A stretch of 64,000 nucleotides of DNA from Macrostomum hystrix (taxonomy: Eukaryota; Animalia; Platyhelminthes): the NCBI GenBank assembly GCA_950097015.1, contig CATNEN010000038.1, positions 34,100,001-34,164,000 on the forward strand, written 5' to 3'. The first letter of the stretch is position 1. Every line of letters begins with the position of its first letter. A program made the position numbers and the translations under genes. Of this stretch, positions 12,410-23,000 are shown one piece after another. The notes beneath the pieces are model-generated. The model saw only the letters and a list, made by a program, of their open reading frames with translations, made no database searches and was not told where the DNA came from.

Positions 12410-15020
12410 ATGCGACCCCTATCTGCCATGCTGCCGCCTTACACAGTCAATGAGAGTCTGGTGCGCGACATTCAAGCCGACTCAGTCACACTGGTCAGCC
12501 AGCAGATGGCCAAGAGACAGTCAGCAGCCTATTTTATGCACGATTGTCAACAGATCAGGCTGGACCTGGGCCCCCTCACTGGCTACGTCAGGCCACCCGT
12601 GACACTGGTACTGACGCCACTGGGCTTCGCTGTGCTATTCGATAGTCTGAGAGTCGCTCGCTACCTGCTAGCTCAGGCTGGCGCTTCGCCTGCTGATCGA
12701 GCTTACCTGGCTGATAGGCCAGTGGCTGGCGGCAAAGTGAGTACTTTTCTTAACTTTATTATTTATGGCGCTAGATCGAGGATGAGCCACTTTACTGAAG
12801 AGATAATACACTAGAGAAATTAGACATGTGTGAGATGAGACAGGTGAGAGATGCGACAGGTTAGAGAAGAGAAAATGAGTAGACGAGACAGGTAAGAGAT
12901 TAAATACGGGAGACATATATGACACGGGAGAGATAAGACAGGTGAGAGATAAGACAGTTGAGAGATAAGACAGGTGAGAGATAAGACAGGTGAGAGATAA
13001 GACAGGTGAGAGATAAGACAGGTGAGAGATAAGACAGGTGAGAGATAAGACAGGAGGTGAAAGATAAGACAGGTGAGAGATAAGACAGGAGGTGAAAGAT
13101 AAGACAGGTGAGAGATAAGACAGGTGAGAGATAAGACAGGAGGTGAGAGATAAGACAGGAGGTGAAAGATAAGACAGGTGAGAGATAAGACAGGTGAGAG
13201 ATAAGACAGGAGGTGAGAGATAAGACAGGTGAAAGATAAGACAGGTGAGAGATAAGACAGGAGGTGAAAGATAAGACAGGTGAGAGATAAGACAGGTGAA
13301 AGATAAGACAGGTGAGAGATAAGACAGGTGAGAGATAAGACAGGTGAGAGATAAGACACGGGAGAGCTGAGACAGGGAAGGATGAGACACTGGAGGAGTG
13401 TGACAGGAGGAGAGCTGAGCTAGGGAAGACATAAAACAGCGGAGACAAAATTAGCACGAGATCTAAATTTGTGTCATCTAGTTAGTAAAGCTTAGTTGGC
13501 TCATGGAGTAATCGTTTCACCACCCAGGCACGCGTTGTCGAGCTGCCCACAGCCGGCCTGGCCCTCCCCGGCCGTGACATGTTCTCATTGTTAGCCGCCT
13601 ACGGCTTAGATCCCAATTCTCACCTGCCTCTTCGTCTGCGCTGCTGCGCCGGCGCCGGCAGTCCGGCCGACGAACTCATGCCAAGCTTCTGGCACCTGCT
13701 GTGGCGCTGCTGGAGTCCCATGCGAGACTGCGACGCCCTTATCCAGACCACTGATCTGTTGCTGCGCGCCGGAGCTGACGCCAATGCGGGACTTGCCGGC
13801 CTGCCCGTCATGCGGGAGGCCTTCTTCTTCGACGGCCACCAGTTCGAGGATCGGGCCACGGCGATTAAGGTAGACATTTTTCAGTGTGTTTTTATTCTAG
13901 CAATTCTAGTCTGTAGGAAGCCTCGGCTTTTCATGGTTGTCTGATTTGTCTGGATATAAAGATTTATCATTTCCGTTAAGTCTTTTCTTAGAAAATTAGG
14001 ACAATTCAAACTTGCTCCTTTGATTCCTTTTCCTGGAATTTCGACATACATATAGTTAAAATTGTCTTAGTGATTAAATTCGCAGGAATTAAGAAATTAT
14101 TTTATAACTTATTTCTGTGATTCGGTTTTCAAGTAATCCTCACGCAGAATTTCCTAGAAACCCTCACCCAGAGTTGTTTCCTAGAAATTTCTATTTAAAA
14201 TATTCTGGAAAGCGCGACCCAGAATTTCCTGAAAATTTCGACCCAGAATTTCCTAGAAATCGCGATTTATTTTCAAAAATTCCTGTTTAGAGTGTCTCAT
14301 TGTTCTCCTTCAGTTTCTTAGATAACTCTGCTACTCCCCATTCAGGCCGCTCGTTATCTGCGCCTGCTGCTTCTAGCCGGCTGTCGACCAGATCGTCTCG
14401 GCCGTCCCTCCGACATCGCCGGCGTCCTTCTTGCCGTCTGGCGCACTCTACGTCGACCAACTGCGGCCGAAGCTGCCACAGCCGCCGCGGCCGCCGCAGC
14501 CGCTGCCGCTGCTGCAACTTCCGCGTCTACATTGGCTTCGTCGACCAATCCAACTGCGCCGACGTTAACAAATCCGGCCGATGAAGAGGCCGAAGCGATG
14601 TGCTTCAGCCTGACAGACTGCCTCATGGCCTGTTGGCCGGCTCTATCCTGCCGCCTACTGCTGCCGCATCATCAGCAGCGCTGCCAGCTGCATCATCTGC
14701 TGCCCCGCGATCTGGCCCTGCGTCACACCAGCCGACAACCGCCCAGCCTTCGCGTAGCGGCAGCTCTGGCTGTGCGAGCCAGCTTAGGCGGCCGGCTGTT
14801 TCTCCGCCGCCTGTGCTGCCTGCCGCAGGATCGCCTGACTCGCAATCTGCGCCTGCTGGTCCGCTGGCCCTCCGGTCCGGCCCCTAAACTGACGCCGGCG
14901 CCCACCCAACCGCCGTCCCTGCTGATGGCATTGTCTGCTAGTGGCAGCAGCAGTTCTAGTCATAAGGCCCGCTCTTCTAGACAGCCGCGACAAGTTGATA
15001 GGGCTGCGGCGATGCCGTGA
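12410..15020 (+). CDS. Ankyrin-repeat and SOCS-box-like protein (ASB-like), 3 exons, ~447 aa
   Basis: Exons 12410-12736, 13528-13869, 14346-15020 (GT-AG, phase 0, frame continuous). Degenerate ankyrin motifs LTPLGFAVLFDSLRVARYLLAQAGASP and TDLLLRAGADANA. C-terminal SOCS-box-like QPPSLRVAAALAVRASLG...LCCLP..LTRNLRLLV. Confidence 0.75.
12822..13440 (-). repeat. 16-bp minisatellite (GAGAGATAAGACAGGT)n, inverted relative of the 4443-6785 family
   Basis: Tandem units in ASB-like intron 1. The reverse complement TGTCTTATCTCTCACC is 13/16 identical to the first array's unit. Confidence 0.93.
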
Positions 15021-15551
15021 ATGATTAGCTGAACCTGTCTAGCATGTGATGTCCACTTGTACATTGTTTTTTCTTTTTTTAGTCTCATTTCCTTTTTAAA
15101 ACACTAATTTTTGCATGCCAACTGTCTTTCGCTAAAATTTATTTCATTTATTAAGTCCATTTTCAATTTTCGTTCCAATTAGCTTAATTGATTGATTGAC
15201 TAACAATGTATCTCAAGTTGTAATTGCTATAACTGAAATAATATTACTTATTTTAATATGGCTGGTAACTATTAAGAGTTGGTCGCTTTCAGTTGTTCGC
15301 AAGATAGTAAGCATTAGCAGAGTAAAGCTTGTATTTATTGAAGCCAGCATTTGAGAGTAATATTGTTGTACCCCATTGTTTAAAACAAAAATTTCCCGAC
15401 TTGTAATAAATGAAACAGCAAACTAAAAAAAATAGAAAGATTCTGATAAATGCATTGCAATTTTATCCTGGTGCATAGCATCAATTACCTGTGTTTGAGT
15501 TCGTCATTTTTTTCGATTGTTATTCGTATCTTATATCTCTCAGTGACTCTC

Positions 15552-16190
15552 GGATCTTGTCAGGGATTGCTAGATCTTGTCAGGGATTGTTAGATCTTGT
15601 CAGGGATTGTTAGATCTAGTCAGGGATTGCTAGATCTTGTCAGGGATTGTTAGATCTTGTCAGGGATTGTTAGATCTAGTCAGGGATTGTTAGATCTTGT
15701 CAGGGATTGTTAGATCTTGTCAGGGATTGTTAGATCTTGTCAGGGATTGTTAGATCTTGTCAGGGATTGTTAGATCTTGTCAGGGATTGTTAGATCTTGT
15801 CAGAGATATCTAGATCTTGTCAGGGATTGCTAGATATTGTCAGGGATATCTAGATCTTGTCGGGGATTGTTAGATCTTGTCAGAGATATCTAGATCTTGT
15901 CAGGGATTGTTAGATCTTGTCAGGGATTGCTAGATATTGTCAGGGATTGTTAGATCTTGTCAGGGATTGTTAGATCTAGTCAGGGATTGTTAGATCTTGT
16001 CAGGGATTGTTAGATCTTGTCAGGGATTGTTAGATCTTGTCAGGGATTGTTAGATCTTGTCAGGGATTGTTAGATCTTGTCAGGGATTGTTAGATCTTGT
16101 CAGGGATTGTTAGATCTTGTCAGGGATTGCTAGATCTTGTCAGGGATTGCTAGATATTGTCAGGGATATCTAGATCTTGTCGGGGATTAT
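15552..16190 (+). repeat. 20-bp minisatellite (TAGATCTTGTCAGGGATTGT)n
   Basis: About 32 units, decaying out to ~16265. Confidence 0.97.
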
Positions 16191-16297
16191 TTTATTTTGG
16201 CTGAGATTTTAAGATGTTTTCAGGTATTGCTCGATTTTGTCAGGGATTATTAAATATTGTCAGATGTCAGTAAAATTATTCTTGTTATCAACTTCAG

Positions 16298-18230
16298 TCT
16301 ATCTCAATCAGCTACGCCGCTGCCTCAGCAGCCCTGCTGCTGTTCCTGACGGTGGCAAGCAGCGGTGTGCTGGCCTCCATGGAGCAGCCGTACTGCACCT
16401 TCTTTGGCAATCGAGCGCCGGCGCCGCAGCCAACTCTGCACAATTGCACCTGGTATCGGCGGCACAGCTGCTGCCGTGGCGAGGAGATCAACATTACCTT
16501 CGCCAGCGTGCGGCCGCTGCAGGGCGCGTCTCGCAGCTGCCTACGCTACTTCAACTCGTTAATGTGCTACATCTGCAGCCCGTCGCAGTGGATGTTCTAC
16601 AGGGGCGAATCTCTCACTGTGTGTCGCGACTTCTGCGACAAATGGTATCAAGCTTGCGGCAGCGCCTTCATCAAGGTTCGCCACTGTCCGTTCTGGGTGT
16701 CTGTTCTGGGTGTCTGTTCTGGGTGTCCGTTCTGGGTGTCTGTCTGGGTGTCTGTTCTGGGTGTCTGTTCTGGGTGTCTGTTCTGGGTGTCTGTTCTGGG
16801 TGTCTGTTCTGGGTGTCTGTTCTGGGTGTCTGTTCTGGGTGTCTGTTCTGGGTGTCCGTTCTGGGTGTCTGTCTGGGTGTCTGTTCTGGGTGTCTGTTCT
16901 GGGTGTCTGTTCTGGGTGTCTGTTCTGGGTGTCTGTCCTGGGTGTCTGTTCTGGGTGTCTGTTCTGGGTGTCTGTTCTGGGTGTCTGTTCTGGGTGTCTG
17001 TCCTGGGTGTCTGTTCTGGGTGTCTGTTCTGGGTGTCTGTTCTGGGTGTCTGTTCTGGGTGTCTGTTCTGGGTGTCTGTTCTGGGTGTCTGTTCTGGGTG
17101 TCTGTTCTGGGTGTCAGTTTTGGGTGTCTGTCTGTTCTGAATCTCTGTTCTGGTTGTTTGTCTGTTCTGAATCTCTGTTCTGGGTGTCTGTCTGTTCTGA
17201 ATGTCTGTTCTGGTTGTCTCTTAGTTCTGAATATCTGTTCTGAATGTCTGTTCTGAATGTCTGTTCTGAATGTCTGTTCTGAATGTCTGTTCTGAGTGTC
17301 TGTTTTGGGTATCTGTCTGTTCTGAATCTCTGTTCTGGGTGTCTGTCTGTTCTGAATGTCTGTTCTGGTTGTCTCTTAGTTCTAGTTCTGAATATCTGTT
17401 CTGAATGTCTGTTCTGAATTTCTGTCCTGAGTGTCTGTTCTGGGTGTCTGTTTTGGGTGTCTGTTCTGGGTGTCTGTTTTGGGTGTCTGTCTGTTCTGAA
17501 TATCTGTTCTGAATGTCTGTTCTGAATGTCTGTTCTGAGTGTCTGTTTTGGGTGTCTGTCTGTTCTGAATGTCTGTTCTGAATGTCCGTTCTGAATGTCT
17601 GTTCTGGTTGTCTCTTAGTTCTCAATATCTGTTCTGAATGTCTGTTCTGAATGTCTGTTCTGATTGTCTGTTCTGAATTTCTGTTCTGGGTGTCTGTCTG
17701 TTCTGAATGTCTGTTCTGAATGTCTGTTCTGAGTGTCTGTTCTGAATTTCTGTTCTGGGTGTCTGTCTGTTCTGAATGTCTGTTCTGAATGTCTGTTCTG
17801 AGTGTCTGTACTGAATTTCTGTTCTGGGTGTCTGTCTGTTCTTAATGTCTGTTCTGAATGTCTGTTCTGAGTGTCTGTTCTGAATTTCTGTTCTGGGTGT
17901 CTGTCTGTTCTAGGTGTCTGTTTTCCATCCAGTTTTCCATTTTTCATCCAGTCGTGTGTGTCTGTCTTTCATTTGTACTAAGGTTTCGTATTTGTATCTG
18001 CAGCTGTCCTGCTGCCTCTATTGCAGGGTCAAACCGTGGCCTCCCTATTTGAAAATGGCTACAAACTGTGCGACAGTCGCCAATTCAAAGTGTCAACTGG
18101 CAAAGACGACTGCTTTCGCTATGTTGCGGAAGAGGACGAAGTATTTGCCGGCGCGTCCGGGCCGACCAGAGCGCCTAATTTGGCACTAGCGGTCTCTGTG
18201 GCTGCAGCCATTGCTATTGTTCCTTTTTAA
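16298..18230 (+). CDS. Folate-receptor-family (FOLR/riboflavin-binding/retbindin-like) protein with signal peptide and probable GPI signal; no start codon ahead of the signal peptide
   Basis: Exons 16298-16675 and 18027-18230 (phase 0). Cys pattern CTWYRRHSCC...C..YFNSLMCYICSP...VCRDFCDKWYQACG. Hydrophobic N-terminus SISISYAAASAALLLFLTVASSGVLA and hydrophobic C-terminus LALAVSVAAAIAIVPF*. Confidence 0.85.
16685..17920 (+). repeat. 13-bp minisatellite (CTGGGTGTCTGTT)n grading into (CTGAATGTCTGTT)n
   Basis: Fills the intron of the folate-receptor-like gene, starting ~10 bp after the donor. Confidence 0.96.
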
Positions 18231-18459
18231 GCTTCGAATTGTTACTGTGCTGATAGGAATCGTTTTTTAAACATTTATTGTAGCTCTAGATCATTTGCCT
18301 CTAAAAATTGTCCACACTGTGTAGATTATCGTACATATTCATAATTCAGCAACGCATTGTTGCAAGCAATACGTATTCATCTATTTATCAGCTATTGCGC
18401 GGCGCATTTAAAGGCTGCGTACGGCTGTACAGTCCATGGACTGGGGGACGCCACACCCA

Positions 18460-18617
18460 CCCTCAATTACCCCAGCTGGTAACCCATCAAATAGCTGGAT
18501 GAACTGAAGCAATGCTGGGTTAAGTGTCCTGCTAAAGGACACAAATTGTTCCAATGGAGTCGGGAATCGAACCCCCGACCTTCAAGTCCCGATTCCGACG
18601 CTCTAGCTACAACCTCC
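18460..18617 (-). mobile_element. tRNA-derived SINE with CORE-like body
   Basis: Minus strand: tRNA-like head with B box GGTTCGATTCCC, then TGTGTCCTTtaGCAgGACACTTAACCC...GCTTCAGTTCATCCAGCT...ATGGGT, which resembles the CORE-SINE domain. Confidence 0.7.
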
Positions 18618-19544
18618 TCTTTGCTCTCCTCGCTTTGTTTTTGTCTTCGAGACAATTTTTTTCATGACTTTTATCGTTCACACTACTTACAGTAGTTCCA
18701 AATTTATAGTAGTACTTAAATAAGTCAATTCGCATGACAACGACGCGTAATATTTTTAATTTTTTGATAAAGACGAAATTTTACGAATTTTCTGACACAA
18801 TCCAATCTCTCTACTGCTAGTAGTATGCAATGCAGCTTTTGCACAGGCACTTGTGATATAGCAATGTTTGTTATACTAGTCTCTGATAGATTTTTTATTT
18901 ATTAGTGTAAATTTGATGCTAAATAAAACTGAAAATGCGACACATTTTTTGCAATATTTCAGAGTTTGTTTGTTTTTTCTCTTCGCTAAAAAGGTAGAAA
19001 TAGAAAATTGTAGTATTTTCAATTGTAGAAAAAAGATTGTGAACCAATTAAATAAAAGTACAATCTTTGTGTGAGTGAGCGCTTAACCCGTGCTAACAAG
19101 CATCTCTATTGTGTTAAGCATTTCTTAAGCACGCATAAGCACCCGCGTGTATGAGTTTTAGATAGCTATTAGACTGGTATATTATTCTACAGATTTTCTG
19201 CATGTTTTGACCCAATGTGAAATCTAACTATTTCAGTTTCTAGAAACAACTAGACAAAGCAGAACAAAAACATAGTTAGTTCATTGTCATTGGGATATGA
19301 ATGTCTCATTGCTGTGCCTGTCTGTATCTATACTTATCCATTTTATCAGCCTAGCTAGCAATCAGATTTTATCTTTGACTTGCTCGAATGCAACATTTGA
19401 AACTTCACACAATAACTTCGATAATCTTATGGGCCCTTGTTTTTTGGATTATTGACGGCCAATTCTGAAAATCACGAATTCTTTTGTAAATAACAAGTCA
19501 TTAGTTTGAGCTATTCCAGAGTTGGTTTAGATTCTAGATTAGCT

Positions 19545-20012
19545 TACAAATCCAGGGTTATCTCAGATCCAGGACTATCTCAGATCCAGGACCATCTCAG
19601 AGTCAGATCCTAGATTTGCTCAGATCCAGGACCATCTCAGAGTCAGATCCTAGATTTGCTCAGATCCAGGACCATCTCAGAGTCAGATCCTAGATTTGCT
19701 CAGATCCAGGACCATCTCAGATCCTAGGGTAGCTCAGATCCAGGACTATCTCGGATCCAGCATTATCTCAGATCCTAGATTAGCTCAGATCCAGGACTAT
19801 CTCGGATCCTAGATTAGCTCAGATCCAGGACTATCTCGGATCCTAGATTAGCTCAGATCCAGGACTATCTCGGATCCTAGATTAGCTCAGATCCAGGACT
19901 ATCTCGGATCCTAGATTAGCTCAGATCCAGGACTATCTCGGATCCTAGATTAGCTCAGATCCAGGACCATCTCAGATCCTAGATTATTTCAGATTCAGAA
20001 TCTGCTCAGATC
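19545..20012 (+). repeat. 17/34-bp dimeric minisatellite (CTCAGATCCAGGACTAT-CTCGGATCCTAGATTAG)n
   Basis: Tandem array ending ~35 bp before the first ITFG2 acceptor. Confidence 0.93.
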
Positions 20013-20048
20013 TACCTGACTAAACTCAGCCCTTATCTTTCTTGGCAG

Positions 20049-23000
20049 TCTTCAGTTCGTCAGGTTGACTTCGTGGAGAAGCTGGAGCTGTCGGGCATCA
20101 GCGTCCGGTCCCAGTCGCTGGTCTGTCTGGCCGATGTTGACAACGACGGCTGCAGCGAGTTGCTTCTAGCCAGCTCTGAGCAGCAGATCAACTCGGCTGA
20201 GCCGTTTAGCGAGAACTGCCTGCGCGATGAGAGTCACCTGTGTCGGGTGCTCATTTTCAAGGTGTCTTGTACCTTTTTTCATGTCGGAGCTTACCTTTTT
20301 GACCAGATAAATATATTTTCTGGTCATAGTTTACTGTTGGAAATGGTCCTAGTTTACTGTTGGAAATGGTCCTAGTTTACTGTTGGAAATGGTCCTAGTT
20401 TACTGTTGGAAATGGTCCTAGTTTACTGTTGGAAATGGTCCTAGTTTACTGTTTGAATCAGTCCTAGTTTACTGTTGGAAATGGTCCTAGTTTACTGTTG
20501 GAAATGGTCATGGTTTACTGTTGGAAATGGTCCTAGTTTACTGTTGGAAATGGTCCTAGTTTACTGTTGGAAATGGTCCTAGTTTACTGTTGGAAATGGT
20601 CATGGTTTACTGTTGGAAATGGTCCTAGTTTACTGTTGGAAATGGTCCTAGTTTACTGTTGGAAATGGTCATGGTTTACTGTTGGAAATGGTCCTAGTTT
20701 ACTGTTGGAAATGGTCCTAGTTTACTGTTGGAAATGGTCATGGTTTACTGTTGGAAATGGTCCTAGTTTACTGTTGGAAATGGTCCTAGTTTACTGTTGG
20801 AAATGGTCATGGTTTACTGTTGGAAATTGTCCTAGTTTACTGTTGGAAATGGTCCTAGTTTACTGTTGGAAATGGTCCTAGTTTACTGTTGGAAATGGTC
20901 CTAGTTTACTGTTGGAAATGGTCCTAGTTTACTGTTGGAAATGGTCCTAGTTTACTGTTGGAAATGGTCATGGTTTACTCTTGGAATTGGTCCTAGTTTA
21001 CTGTTGGAAATGGTCATAGTTTACTGTTGGAAATAGTCTAGTTTACTGTTGGAAATGGTCCTAGTTTACTGTTGGAAATGGTCATGGTTTACTGTTGGAA
21101 ATGGTCCTAGTTTACTGTTGGAAATGGTCCTAGTTTACTGTTTGAATCAGTCCTAGTTTTCTAGTCTCCTAGTGGAATTGATCCTCATTTTCTGTTGGAA
21201 TTGATCCTCATTTTCTGTTGGAATTGATCCTCATTTTCTGTTGGATTTGATCCTCATTTTCTGTTGGAATTGATCCTCAATTTCTGTTGGAATTGATCCT
21301 CATTTTCTGTTGGAATTGATCCTCAATTTCTGTTGGAATCGGTCCTCATTTTCTGTTGGAATTGATCCTCATTTTCTGTTGGAATTGATCCTCATTTTCT
21401 GTTGGAGTTGATCCTCATTTTCTGTTGGAATTGATCCTCATTTTCTGTTGGAATTGATCCTCATTTTCTGTTGGAATTGATCCTCATTTTCTGTTGGAAT
21501 TAATCCTCAATTTCTGTTGGAATCGGTCCTCATTTTCTGTTGGAATTGATCCTCATTTTCTGTTGGAATTGATCCTCATTTTCTGTTGGAGTTGATCCTC
21601 ATTTTCTGTTGGAATTGATCCTCATTTTCTGTTGGAATTCATCCTCATTTTCTGTTGGAATTGATCCTCATTTTCTGTTGGAATTGATCCTCATTTTCTG
21701 TTGGAATTGATCCTCATTTTCTGTTGGAATTGATCCTCATTTTCTGTTGGAATTGATCCTCATTTTCTGTTGGAATTGATCCTCATTTTCTTTTGGAATT
21801 GATCCTCATTTTCTGTTGGAATTGATCCTCATTTTCTGTTGGAGTTGATCCTCATTTTCTGTTGGAATTGATCCTCAATTTCTGTTGGAATTGATCCTCA
21901 TTTTCTGTTGGAATTGATCCTCATTTTCTGTTGGAATTGATCCTCATTTTCTGTTGGATTTGATCCTCATTTTCTGTTGGAATTGATCCTCAATTTCTGT
22001 TGGAATTGATCCTCATTTTCTGTTGGAATTGATCCTCAATTTCTGTTGGAATCGGTCCTCATTTTCTGTTGGAATTGATCCTCATTTTCTGTTGGAATTG
22101 ATCCTCATTTTCTGTTGGAGTTGATCCTCATTTTCTGTTGGAATTGATCCTCATTTTCTGTTGGAATTGATCCTCATTTTCTGTTGGAATTGATCCTCAT
22201 TTTCTGTTGGAATTAATCCTCAATTTCTGTTGGAATCGGTCCTCATTTTCTGTTGGAATTGATCCTCATTTTCTGTTGGAATTGATCCTCATTTTCTGTT
22301 GGAGTTGATCCTCATTTTCTGTTGGAATTGATCCTCATTTTCTGTTGGAATTCATCCTCATTTTCTGTTGGAATTGATCCTCATTTTCTGTTGGAATTGA
22401 TCCTCATTTTCTGTTGGAATTGATCCTCATTTTCTGTTGGAATTGATCCTCATTTTCTGTTGGAATTGATCCTCATTTTCTGTTGGAATTGATCCTCATT
22501 TTCTTTTGGAATTGATCCTCATTTTCTGTTGGAATTGATCCTCATTTTCTGTTGGAGTTGATCCTCATTTTCTGTTGGAATTGATCCTCAATTTCTGTTG
22601 GAATTGATCCTCATTTTCTGTTGGAATTGATCCTCATTTTCTGTTGGAATTGATCCTCATTTTCTGCTGGAGTTGATCCTCATTTTCTGTTGGAATTGAT
22701 CCTCATTTTCTTTTGGAATTGATCCTCATTTTCTGTTGGAATTGATCCTCATTTTCTGTTGGAATTGATCCTCATTTTCTGTTGGAATTGATCCTTATTT
22801 TCTGTTGGAGTTGATCCTCATTTTCTGCTGGAGTTGATCCTCATTTTCTGTTGGAATTAATCCTCATTTTCTGTTGGAGTTGATCCTCATTTTCTGTTGG
22901 AATTAATCCTCATTTTCTGTTGGAATTAATCCTCATTTTCTGTTGGAATTAATCCTCATTTTCTGTTGGAATTGATCCTTATTTTCTGTTGGAGTTGATC

